Made by a program: the position numbers and the translations under genes. Source: Octopus sinensis (taxonomy: Eukaryota). From it: DNA of 64,000 nucleotides. Below, in pieces: positions 1 to 11,872 of the stretch (position 1 is the stretch's first letter; the number at the start of each line of letters is the position of its first letter). Location: NCBI RefSeq assembly GCF_006345805.1, contig NC_043022.1:22506001-22570000 (forward strand), in the 5' to 3' direction. Below the pieces are notes generated by a model that was not told the DNA's origin, made no database searches, and worked only from the letters and a program-made list of their open reading frames with translations.

Positions 1-1184
1 AAAACAAGGATTTAAATGTTAATTTGGTTTTTGAGTAGGAGGAATGTTTGATAATTGCAGACTCTTACACCTCATCCATTTTCAACTGTTTCTTACTTTC
101 TTGACATTGTAAGACTGGTCAGCGAAGGGTGTTTTGTGATTTTGTTGTTTGTATGGGACAAATCACAAAAATACACAAGTTAACTTAAAAGATATTAGTT
201 ATCTTGTACAGAATTGGTTGACAGATAATAGTTGTCTTGTAGAGAATTGACTGAGAGGTACTAGTTGTTATCTTGTAGATAATAACTGTTTGATAAATGG
301 CAATTATAGAATGGAATATTTATATTCTGTATGTGTTGTCTTCTCTTGACTACATTCACCCCAAAGATTGGTTGTAATGCTGTAAGACTTAGATAAATGT
401 CTCTTTATTCATAGTAGTGAATATTGTTTGTCGTTAAATCTCTGAACTCTTTTAACTACAAGGGAGTTGGTTTCTATGTTGCTCTTATTTAATTTGCATC
501 TTAGTCAATATCAGTTATATTCAAATTGCTACCTAATATTTCTCTCCCTCACTCATGTCTGTGTCAGAGTTGAACTTGTTTTCAGCCTTGTAGACTGTGC
601 TGTCCAAGAACATGACACAAACTGTTGTGATGTGCATAACCAATAGTCCATTACTTTGCATCTTGTTTTGAGTTGTGGTTGGTCAGAATTTTCTCTGTAA
701 ACATGTTCAGCTATGTCTTTCTGCTGGTCTTATATCTTGGATTGTTTCTATTTCAAATACTAATGGTACAAGAGAAGGTTGATTCATAAGCTACAACATT
801 CACAGAAATAGATCAGTCTTCATTTTTTTTTGTTTTTTTGTTCCCCTCTGAATATTTTAGGGAATTCAATGATTACATTTTTTAAAAAATAGGTCACATG
901 TCTGATCCTTCTGACATAACTCATTTTCTTTTATTCTTCCACAAAATTTTATCTGTATTTTGCTCTGCAAATTTCTGATTCTCTGTTAGTGGCATGGCCC
1001 TTAGTATTGATTCCCAACTTAAGTTGCCAATTTAGCTTTGAGGAAAAAAAAAGAAAAGGAATGAATGTCAACTCTTCAACTTGCTATTTTTTTTTATATA
1101 TATAATACTTTTTATAATACATCTTTGATCTTGTCCCAGAATAGAATCTCCAAGAAAACAATCCCATTTAATCCCTTCTTATGT

Positions 1185-1415
1185 TTAACCCTTTAACATT
1201 TAGGTTACTCTGACAAATAATATCAAGCTTATTTTATCATATTATTTTGAATTAATCATGCATTATGTCATAGCTTGAAGATTTTGATGATCTAATTGTA
1301 TATTTTTATAATGACATTGTAGTGTAGGTATGAGAGGTTGGATCTGGCTAGTTTGAACATTAAACAAGTAGGATATTTTGGCTGGATATGGCCAGTTTAA
1401 ATGCTAAAGAGTTGA
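1185..1415 (+). mobile_element. TTAA-flanked MITE of about 225 bp (piggyBac-like ends)
   Basis: TTAACCCTTTA.CATT ... AATGCTAAAGAGTT. The family recurs through the window. Confidence 0.75.
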
Positions 1416-1901
1416 ACTGGGTATGTGGTATGACAACAGTGGTGATGATGTTGAGGAATAAGTTTTATATTTCATTGTCCTGAACGTTAAGTTTTTACTA
1501 AACTGAAACAGGTGGATACTCTTGACACATTTCTTAGACATTTTAAGAAATCTTCACCTTATTTGAACTAAGAGTTGCTAATCGATGTTTGCATATCCTG
1601 CTGCTTGTTTTTTTCCTCTTTTTTTTTTCTTTGGCTTTTCATCTTTACCCTGCCCTTGTCCCAGTGGGCATCTTATTAATGATAAAGAGGAATATATATA
1701 TCCACGTGAAACTGAAACTGCTCTTTCAATAAACACATTCGTTCATCCTGTCAGAATGATTACCTGTCTTACTCTGTATGTTTGTGCATGTTCGCATACA
1801 CCTATAAATATTATATATATATAATATCGACTTTTGAAAAAGTCTATAAATGCAAAAAATACGAATTCAATGAAAATGTTAAAAAAAAAAAAATTTGATT
1901 T

Positions 1902-2251
1902 AATAAATATAAAAAACAACAACCAAATCAATGTTAATGAAAAGGGATATTATTGGCCTGTTTACACTTTCTGTTTCTATGGCAACAACTTAGTATCACT
2001 GGCAACAGTATCAGTAGCCGAACAATTTGTATATATATTCATATACATACATATATATATATATATCAATAAAATAAAATTTTTGCCCCTCTCCCACATG
2101 ATTATTATGATTGATTATTATTATTATTTGTAAGATTAAATAAAAATAAGAAAAATAAATAAATACCTTTTTTCTTACGTAATAAAGATAAGATTTCTTA
2201 ATAAAAATAATTTGGTAAAAGTAAGCCATTTGTATCTGTTGTCTTTATTTT
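1902..2251 (+). terminator. Putative polyadenylation-signal cluster, probably intronic in WDR33
   Basis: AATAAA at 1902, 2068, 2073, 2139, 2154, 2158, 2181 and 2200, ATTAAA at 2135, then GT/T-rich tttgtatctgttgtctttattt. Preceded by about 1.9 kb of SINE-free, UTR-like sequence. Confidence 0.5.
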
Positions 2252-2444
2252 CACGACAACTCTCATACGTGTATGACTAACTTGTCCATCTGTTTCCTCT
2301 TTAGAAAGGGTTTGTCTGGCAGGTTTCAGGGGAGTGTTTCGGGTGAGGGAGGTAATAACACACATACCATTACCTTCTTTTTATAAACGACCTCACACAG
2401 GATGATTAACTGCTTTCTCCATCTACAAGTGTAGATATCTCTGC

Positions 2445-2475
<31 letters not shown>

Positions 2476-2862
2476 ATAATTCTTCATATATTTGGGTATA
2501 TCTCTTCCTGTATAATATACATCTGTTGGTGTATATTATTTCGATATGCATGTATCTATATCTGTGTGTATATATATAATATGGTTTTTGGGGTCAGTTC
2601 CTCTGTCCAGCACCTTGACTATGTATCTTTCATAATCTAATACTGACCAAAGCTTTGTGAATGAATTTAGTAAAAGAAATCTGAACGAAGTTTGTGTGAA
2701 TGTATTTATGTATATATCTATTTTCTATGTATATTGATGATGACAGCTGCGTAAAGAAGTGCTGATCTCTAATTGTAGGGAAACTTGTTGGTCAGGTTCT
2801 ACAGTATCGGTTGCAGTCAGTTGTATAGTGTAGCAATAACAGCAATTGTTGGTGTCATGGTA

Positions 2863-3092
2863 AGGCGAGCTGGCAGAAACATTAGCACGCTGGGTGAAAT
2901 GCTTAGCGGTATTTCCTCTGTTGTTACGTTCTGAGTTCAAATTCCTCCGAGGTCGACTTTGCCTTTCATCCTTTCGGGGTCGATAAATTAAGTACCAGTT
3001 ACGCATTGGCGCCGATGTAATCGACTTAATACCTATGTCTGTCCTTGTTTGTCCCCTCTATGTTTAGCCCCTTGTGGGTAATAAAGAAATAG
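2863..3092 (+). mobile_element. SINE family B (tRNA-like head and Nin/Deu-like core)
   Basis: GGCGAGCTGGCAGAA..GAGTTCAAATT head and core GGTCGACTTTGCCTTTCATCCTTTCGGGGTCGATAAATTAAGTACCAG. Other copies at 6520-6930, 10915-11400, 17619-17848, 25182-25375 and 35478-35850(-). The core assignment is from memory. Confidence 0.85.
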
Positions 3093-3896
3093 GTAATACA
3101 AGTTAGTGTGGGTGTGTAAAGAGTTGATGGGGGGGAAAGATCACTGAACAATTGCTGAACTTCAAGGTAAGGTTGCTTAGTAGGTAATATATTTTGAGAA
3201 GTTCTTTGTTCAGATGGGGCTACTTTATTTGAAGGTGTGAATTGGTGATTGTGTGAAGGAAAAGAGAGAAGTGAAAGGTAGATGGAATGAGGTAGTTAGA
3301 AAAGCCAATTTACGCTATTCAGTTCAGATCTGTTCTTTTATCTTTTACTTGTTTCAACCATTAGACTGTGGCCATGCTGGGGCACCACCTTAAAGAACTT
3401 CTTTTCGTCGAACGAATTGACCTCAGTACTTATTTTAAAACCTGGTACTTATTCTATTGATTCTTTTGTTGAACTGCTAAGTTATGGTGATGTAAACAAA
3501 CCATCACCTGTTGTCAAGCAGCAGTGAGGGACAAATACACACACACACACACACATAGATATACATTTGATGGGCTTCTTTCTTATTTCCGTCTATCAAA
3601 TTCACTCACAAGGCTTTGGTCAGCCCGTAGCTGTAGTAGAAGTCACATGCCCAAGGTGCCATGCAGTGGGACTGAACCTGGAACCATGTGGTTGTGAAGC
3701 AAGCTTCTTACCCCACAGCCATGCCTCTTGTTGATTTCTGGTTTATATTACTGAATGAGAATCATCCTTAATTATTAAGTTACTAATATTTTGGTCAGTG
3801 GCTAAAGTGGACATTCCAACTTAATGGTATGGTTACAGCCTTTATGAAGATGTTTCTTGATCAACGGAGTACATGTATGTGCAAGTAAGGTGTTCT

Positions 3897-4113
3897 TTAA
3901 CCCATTAGCTTTCAGATTATTCTATCAAATGTAATGCTTATTTATTCCAATTTTTTTGAATTAGTCATGCATTATCCCATAGGTTTTGATGATGGAATAA
4001 CTTATTTTTAGATCGACATTGTAGGATAGGTGTGTGGGGCCAGACCTGGCCAGTTTGAACATAAAACAGAATATTTTGGCTGGATATGCTCAGTTGAAAC
4101 ACTAAAAGGTTAA
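3897..4113 (+). mobile_element. TTAA MITE, same family
   Basis: TTAACCCATTAGC ... ACTAAAAGGTTAA with the shared internal sequence. Confidence 0.75.
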
Positions 4114-4369
4114 TCTGAGTTTGGGGTTTCTCGATTGTGCTGCCAAAATAGTGACCCTTCATTTATGGCATTTTACCTAATACATGACATATGCACCTAG
4201 ACATATTTATGTCTCTGGTAGAGCTGTTTGTTAGCACTAACATGTTGTTGGTCTCAGGAGTTGTTTTTTTGGTAAAAATTCAGTGTAAAGAGGGTCTAGA
4301 GTGGCTTAGACATTTATCTAGCCCCTCCTTGTGAATGGCTTTTTGGTGGTAGTCTTAAGCTGTGACAGT

Positions 4370-4596
4370 TTAACCCTTGAGTATTCAGATTACTGTCAAA
4401 AGCAATGCTTGTTTATTCACATTGTTTTGCATTAATCATACAGTATCTTTTAGCTACAAGATTTTGATGATGTGATTGCTTAGTTTCAGAATGACATTGT
4501 AGGGTAAGGTATGAGAGGTCAAATCAGGCCAGTTTGAACAAAAAACAGGTAGAATATTTTAGTCAGATATGGCTGGGTTTAAATGCTAAAGGGTTA
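4370..4596 (+). mobile_element. TTAA MITE, same family
   Basis: TTAACCCTTGAGTATT ... AATGCTAAAGGGTTA. Confidence 0.75.
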
Positions 4597-5640
4597 CAGA
4601 AGCAGATGTTCTTGTGGTCGTTCTGCTATTTTATGTAAAGGAATTTGTTTGGGATGAGTGAAAGATGTAAGTAAGTGACTTGGTCAGTCACCTTGCTACA
4701 CTTATCACAAACGCATGCAAACTAATTTTGGATGTAGATGCCTGTTGTAAAGAAGGATTAGGAGTCAAAGGTGTTGAATGTTAGACTTCCAAAACATTCA
4801 TGTATGTTATTGCAAGCAGGGTGAGACACTGGTTCCTACTGGTAGTTCAGAGGTTGACTTTGCGGATGTAATGGTTGAAATATGCTCCCTCCTCTTTCTC
4901 CTCTCCTTTGAGACAGCTGGTGCTTTGACACCACTGCATCTTGTTGGCCAGAAGTACGTCTGGGTTAATGAATCTAATGAGCCAATTAGTCTTATTTATA
5001 ACTTCAGCGAACAAAACTTTGCTGATCCATGATGATCTCTGCTAACCAACAACAAATTGAGACACACACTCACACATATTATTAGCAATAGAAGCAGTAT
5101 ATTAGTACTGAATAGCAATTTGCACATCCTACATAATGTGGTGTATGTACAGATTAATTTATATCTTAATGTAATAGATTTTCTGTAATAATTTGCAAAT
5201 ATGTTACTTATAGTGAGGTCATTACCAGTACCGCCTGACTGGGCACGTAAAAGCACCCACTACACTCTCGGAGTGGTTGGCGTTAGGAAGGGCATCCAGC
5301 TGTAGAAACTCTGCCAGATCAAGACTGGAGCCTGGTGCAGCCATCTGGTTCGCCAGCCCACAGTCAAACCGTCCAACCCATGCTAACATGGAAAGCGGAC
5401 GTTAAACGACGATGATGATAGTACTCAAGACACTCCTAGAGTATTATAATACAATGAAATAAACAACCGACACAATGTAGCTTGAAGTTAGTCCTCTTAA
5501 GTTTCGATCTTTTCATTTCTTCAGGAATAGCCCTAAGTTGGATAAGAAATGTTATTCCTAAAGAAATTACAAAAGGGAAACTTAAGTCGAATAACGTTAT
5601 GTGATGGCACCTATTATTTTTTTTTATTGCATATGTGTCC

Positions 5641-6046
5641 CTTTTACTCTTTTACTTGTTTCAGTCATTTGACTGTGGCCATGCTGGAGCACTGCCTTTA
5701 GTCGAGCAAATTGACCCCAGGACTTATTCTTTGTAAGCCTAGTACTTATTCTATTGGGCTCTTTTGCCGAACTGCTAAGTTATGGGAAGTAAACACACCA
5801 GCATCGGTTGTCAAGCGTTGTTGGAGGGACAAACACAGATACACAAGCATATACACACATACATATATACATATACATATATATGACAGGCTTCTTTTAG
5901 TTTCTGTCTACCAAATCCACTCACAAGGCTTTGGTCGGCCCAAGGCTATAGTAGAAGACACTTGCCCGAGGTACCACGCAGTGGGACCGAACCTGGAACC
6001 ATGTGGTTGGTAAGCAAGCTACTTACCACACAGCCACTCCTATGCT
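5641..6046 (-). mobile_element. SINE family A
   Basis: Reverse complement of the family A consensus, full length. Confidence 0.9.
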
Positions 6047-8199
6047 TATATATATATATGTGTGTATAAAAATCTATATATATATATATATATATATACA
6101 CATAAAAAAATTGTTTTAATATTCACTTTTCCATGCTTGCATGGGTTGGACAGAATTTGTTGAGACAGATTTTCTAGAATTGGATGCCCTTCCTGTTTCC
6201 AAGAAAGGTAATTTCCCTCTGCTCAGATATGTTTTCATGGGAGATTGGAAATGAACACCACTTGCATGTTCAGTCACTTACAACTATCATGTGATAACAA
6301 TCACTACAAGGTGATAGTAATACATGCACATACATGCACAGCAGGCTTCTTTCAGTTTCTGTTTGACCAAATCAACTCACAAGACTTTGGTTAGCTTGGG
6401 CTATTGTAGAAGACACTTGCCCAAAGTGCCATGCAGTGGGACTGAACCTGAGATCATGGAGTTGGAAAGTAAACTTCTTATCACAGCCGTGTCTGTATCC
6501 ATATATATCATCATCATTAGGGTGGCGAGCTGGCAGAATCATTAGCATGCTGGGCAAAATGCTTAGTGGTATTTTGTCTGCCGTTACGTTCTAAGTTCAA
6601 ATTCTGCCGAGGTCAACGTTGCCCTTCATCCTTTCGGGGTCATCATCATCATCGTTTAACGTCCGTTTTCCGTGCTTGCAAGGGTTAGACAGTTTGACCG
6701 GGGTCTAGGAAGTCAGGAGGCTGCACCAGGCTCCAGTCTGATCTGGCAGAATTTCTACAGCTGGATGCCCTTCCTAACACCAACCACTCCGTGAGTGTAG
6801 TGGGTGCTTTTTACGTGCCGATTAAATAAATACCAGTTATGTACTGGGGTTGATGTAATCGACTTAATCCCTTTGTCTGTCCTTGTTTGTCCCCTCTATG
6901 TTTAGCCCCATGTGGGCAATAAAGAAATACATATATATCATCATTGTTTAACATCCATCTTCCATGCATGCTTGGGTAGGATGAATGACAGGAGCAGGCC
7001 AGGTGGAAAAAGTACTGTGTCTATTTTGGCAGGGATTTTATGGCTGGATTCCTTTCTTAACACCAACCGCTCCACAGAGTGGACTCAGTGCTTTCTATGT
7101 GGCACTAGCACAGGCGAAGTTAGTTTTGTGAAAAATTTTACAGCAAGATGTCCTTCCAAATGCCAACCACATTACAGTGTGGATTGGATGCTTTTAATAT
7201 GGCACTGGCAGGGTAACCAAGTGACTCACAAGACAAGGAGTTATGAGAGGGGCAGGGCATTTGAGGAGGGGAACTTGTGTGAGAGGATGAAAGGTTAGAG
7301 TGTGACAAAGAGACAGAGACACAGATGCAGGTGTCTTGCCACAACAAAGGGGGAATAAGAGGTGATCCAGTATCAAATGATGAAAGGTTAGAGTGTAACA
7401 GAGAAGTAGAGAGGCAGAAATAGGTGTCTTGTTATAGAGGAGGTACATGGTTACCCAGCGAGAGAGAGAGGCTAGAAACAAGTGTGCTGATGTAAAGGAA
7501 ATACTTGGTTATCTAGCCTGAGGTGAAACGAGGAGAGAGAGAGAGTGTGACCAAAGGGAGAGAGAGAATAGGAAACAGCAAAAGTGTAAGAGAGAGTAAA
7601 AGAAAAATGGTGTAGTGCTAGGGTTTACTCACAAGTAACAAAAATATGAGTGTAGAACCTGGTTAGAAAAACAGGTTGGGGGTGTGGGGAGCAGGGCAGT
7701 GAGGGCAAGGAAGGAGATTGGAAAACAATCATAATTTATGAAGAGGAATTGTGAGGAAGAGAAAGATGCAGATAGAAGAGGAGTTGTAGTTCAATTTCTT
7801 AGGGCAGGGTGGGTGAGAAGTGTGTTGTTACATGTGGATGGGACCCAACTCTTCTAGCACTCAGTTTCATGGATGGGTCTTCCCTAGGACCTCATATCAC
7901 CAAACGTCTTGCTCCACTGTCATTTCCTCTATGAGCCCCCAACATCCTAAGATCAGTCTGCACCACTTTGCTAGATCAGAATAGAGCTTGGTGCAGCCTC
8001 CTGGCTTACCAGTCCCCACTCAAACCATTCAACCCATGCCAGCATGGAAAACGGACATTAAATGATGATGATGAAGAAATAACCAATTATTCATCCATTT
8101 TCTCCACTCACTATTCCTGGGAGAGTTGTTGGGGTAGCATCCCCGGGTGCTTCTTCCATAAGTCCCTATCAAAAGCAGTTGTCATTACACATTCTTGCT

Positions 8200-8400
8200 G
8201 GATTCCCAAGCATGACCAGCTGAGATTAGTTATTATCCAGCCATTTCATTCTTGGTCTCTCCAGATTGAGCCACTATTTCTCTGCATTGAGCAATCACAG
8301 CTCCGTTGCTATGGACTTGTGATAAGAATGTTGCGGGGAAGGATCACAAGACTTATTCTTCAAACCAATCCAACTTGCAGGAGACCTGGGAGTATACCTC
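8200..8400 (+). mobile_element. Degraded RTE-like LINE C-terminal fragment
   Basis: IEQSQLRCYGLVIRM...PTCRRPG resembles the QLRWxGHVxRM...PxGxRPRGRP motif. Confidence 0.45.
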
Positions 8401-8406
8401 AATTGC

Positions 8407-8768
8407 ATCATCATCATCATCATCATCATTTAGTGTCCGCTTTCCATGCTAGCATGATTTGGACGGTTCAACTGGGGTCTGGGAAGCCAGAAGGCTGCAC
8501 CAGGCCCAGTCTGATCTGGCAATGTTTCTACGGCTGGATGCCCTTCCTAACGCCAACCACTCCGTGAGCGTAGTGGGTACTTTTTACGTGCCAGACGGGG
8601 CTGGCAAACGACCACGGTTGGATGGTGCTTTTTACGTGCCACCGGCACGGGAGCCAGGCGAGGCTGGCAACGGCCATGATCGGATGGTGCTTTTTACGTG
8701 CCACCGGCACTGGTATCACAGCTACAATTTCCATTGATGTTGATCAATTTTGATTTTGATTCTGATTC
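8407..8768 (-). mobile_element. SINE family C (Meta-domain-like core, (GAT)n tail, internal tandem units of about 50 nt)
   Basis: Core GGTTGGCGTTAGGAAGGGCATCCAGC and tail GGAC..TAAA.GATGATGATG. Other copies: 5225-5420(+), 6641-6820(-), 17442-17618(+), 21563-21898(-), 24388-24610(-), 28911-29116(+), 43675-43978(-). Confidence 0.85.
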
Positions 8769-8951
8769 TGCAGTGGTTGGAACATTTAAAGAAAAATTAA
8801 ACTTTTGACTGACCTGAAAAAATACATTTTTGGAAAAATGGCACTTGGACTAGATATATTAAAGAGGTTATTCAATATGCATAGCCTCTTTAATATATCT
8901 ATATTTAGTAGTGCACCTGCACCCTGTATATAGGTGCATGTGTATGTGTAA

Positions 8952-9333
8952 TCTATTATATAAAATCTGGTCTGTCTGTATGTGTGTCTTCTAGGATCTC
9001 GGGCATCCTCCATCTGATTGCGCTCAGATTTGATATGTGGATACCGACGGTATCAGGGCGTGTGTAAGTCTTGAAAAAAACTGCAAAAATCGATTTCAGG
9101 TGAGAATGAGATCGATAAAGCCGTGGGAACGTGGATTTGCACACGCAAGTACATCAGTTGTTGCGATTGATACTATGCGTACACGAGAAAAATGCAGGGT
9201 GTCTCCGATTTAGGTTAACTCAGTGTTTCTCAAAGGGGAGGCCTATGGGACGGTTGGACAAGTTGTTTTGAGAAAATTTGGTTTAAATGTTTGACAACTC
9301 AGCACCGTCCATTGGATGGGGGTGTTTTGCTCG
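8952..9333 (+). mobile_element. Helitron-like non-autonomous element, different family
   Basis: Starts A|TCTATTATATAAAA..GTCTGTCTG. Subterminal hairpin CCGTCCATTGGATGGG and a CTCG|T end, one base from CTAG. Confidence 0.55.
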
Positions 9334-9359
9334 TATATATATATATATATTTGTGTATG

Positions 9360-9391
<32 letters not shown>

Positions 9392-9392
9392 T

Positions 9393-9759
9393 ACATATCA
9401 ATAATATGATTTAAGAACTAACATTGAATTCAGGTTAACAAACTTTATATATTCACGCTTTTACACTTCATTGCATATAGATGATACCATGACTTTCAAA
9501 TGTCAAAAAAAAACACCAGGTAAAAATCATATATAAAAAATATAAAATACACAGGACCTGCTCAGAACACATATTCTGGGCATGTTCTGTGTATTTTGTA
9601 TTGTTTTTATATATATGATTTTTACCTGGTGTTAGTATTTTTTTTTTTTTTTGACATTTGAAAGTCATGGTATCATTTATATGTAATGAAGTGTAGAAGC
9701 GTGGATATATAAAGTTCATTAACCTGAATTCAATATTTGTTTTAATATTATTGGTATGT
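9393..9759. repeat. Long fold-back inverted repeat, arms about 175 bp
   Basis: TGATACCATGACTTTCAAATGTCAAAA / TTTTGACATTTGAAAGTCATGGTATCA and TTGAATTCAGGTTAA / TTAACCTGAATTCAA. Centre at about 9570. Confidence 0.9.
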
Positions 9760-9987
9760 TTCTGGCTCAATATCATCTGAGCACTTCTCTCCTGCAGTCC
9801 TATATATATATTCATCTTATTCAATCAAAAGAAACGTACTTTATAATTTACTTCTTGTTATATATATGCATATATATAAGGAATGGCCATAATAGGACAT
9901 TCGACTCACTAGAAAGAGCAACCAAACTCCAAACCACTAATAGTTGTAATTCTGAAATGGAAAGAGAAATAAAAACGTTTACCCTTT

Positions 9988-10081
9988 CCTTTCTGGATTA
10001 TGCATAGTTTCGGCAATCTTTAGTAAATAAATTAATTAAATTAAATTTATTTACAACTGGCATGCTTCTTCAGCAAAAAAG
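9988..10081 (-). ncRNA. Degenerate type I hammerhead ribozyme motif
   Basis: Minus strand: cttttttg CTGAAGA [stem II] GAAA c tatgcata ATC cagaaagg. Two core-adjacent mismatches. Confidence 0.5.
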
Positions 10082-10210
10082 CCAAGGACTAACATATATA
10101 TATATATGCATATGTATGCATATATATATATATATGCATATATACATACACACACACACACACATATATATACATACACACACATGTATGTATATATCAT
10201 CATCATCATC

Positions 10211-10243
<33 letters not shown>

Positions 10244-11415
10244 TATATATTTATATACAAATATATATATATATTTATATACAAATATATATATGCATAT
10301 GTATTATCTTATCTTCCCAAGATGTAGTAGGTCTGTGCAGATATCTCATATACATAAATTTTTTACTCTCTAACCATTATCATACATTTTGTTTCTGATA
10401 AGCCAGATAGGCTTAACCAAGCTCTGTTGGTTCTTAGAACATTAAATTCTTTAATTTTCTTTGTACAAATTCTGATGGCTGTTGGATATGTTGTTTATCC
10501 AACAAGGGTCTATAAAATATTTTATAGTCATGTTCTTCTCTCCAAATTTCTTCCTGTGTTTTAAACCAAAAATGTTGTGGCATATGAAATGTGTCAATAA
10601 AATGTCTTATGATGTTTTAGTTGTGTCACTCTTCTGAATTCAGATACCACTCGGGTTATCTTTGTAGTTAAACTGTTTGTTGAGTTGATACATGTACCAG
10701 TTATGTATAGGGGGTTGATATCATACTCTCTCCCAGGAATTTTGTTGTCTTGTTTCTTTGTTAGAAATCGTCATTATTGAATTTAACCTTTCATCCTACC
10801 TGGGTCGATAAAAATAACATAGAAGTTACGTACTGGTCATCAGTTTAATTGACTAACGTCTCACTTCAGAAACTGCGGTCCTTGTACCTAAATTAAAAAT
10901 TATCATAATTTGCAGAAGGTGGCAACCTGGCAGAATTGGTGGCATGCCAGACACATGCTTGGCGGTATTTCATCTGTCCTTATGTTTTGAGTTTAATTTC
11001 CACCAAAGTTGACTTTGCCTTTCATCCTTTCAGGGTTGATAAATTAAGCACCAGTCAAACACTTTGTTTGTTCCTTCTTGAGCCATGCCTGGCTCATAAG
11101 GGCCAATTTCCCTGTTTCCTTGGCGTATGGGTTCCCATCTTGACGGGATGCCGGTCCGTCACAGGTGAGCTGCAAGATGCAGGAGGAAAGGAGGAAAGAG
11201 GGGGAGAAAGTTGTGGTGAAAGAATTAGCAGAAATTCGCCATTACCTTCTGCCGGAGCCACATGGAGCTTAGGTGTTTCGCTCATAAGCACACACATCGC
11301 CTGGTCTGACATGCGAACCCACGATCCCTCAACCGCGAGTCCGTTGCTCTAACCACTAGGCCATGTGCCTCCACAGTTAAACACTGGGGTCAGTGTAATG
11401 AATTTGTTCCCCACC

Positions 11416-11872
11416 ACATATGTTTCAAAGCAAGCAGAACCTCAGAAGTGGTAAATATCCAAGTGTGGTGTATACTACAGCTTACTTGTCAAGCCAAGGG
11501 TATCTTGATTAAATGAAGCATACTCTATTGCAAGGAGGTACATGTTAAAACACGGAAAATTCGATCAGAATGTGGATCACATTCTGATCGAATCTTCTGT
11601 GTGTTAACATGTACTTCCTTATTTTTTTAAGCCTTTTACCTATTCTATCAGTCTCTTTGCCAAACTGCTAAGTTATGGGAATGTAAATACACCAATTCAA
11701 TCAGATTATGGATCACATTCTGACTGAATTTCCTGTGTGTTAACATGTACCTCCTTGCAATAGAGTAAGCTTCATTTAATCAAGATACCCATGGCCTGAT
11801 GAGTAGCTTGTGGTATACACCCCACTGGGATATTTAGCACTACCAAGGTTCTACTGGCTTTGAGACATATGT
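11416..11872. repeat. Nested inverted repeat with arms of about 155 bp and an inner hairpin
   Basis: GGGTATCTTGATTAAATGAAGC / GCTTCATTTAATCAAGATACCC. Perfect 16-bp stem at 11559-11574 / 11578-11593. Confidence 0.9.

Noticed and set aside
1829-1844. Histone stem-loop
   Set aside because: It has the same 6-bp stem and 4-nt loop geometry, but the sequence does not fit the SLBP consensus GGYYYTTYTHARRRCC and there is no histone CDS.
5711-6013. Recurring ORFs ending QIHSQGFGRPKAIVEDTCPRCHAVGLNPEPCGW
   Set aside because: Antisense translation of SINE family A, not a gene family.
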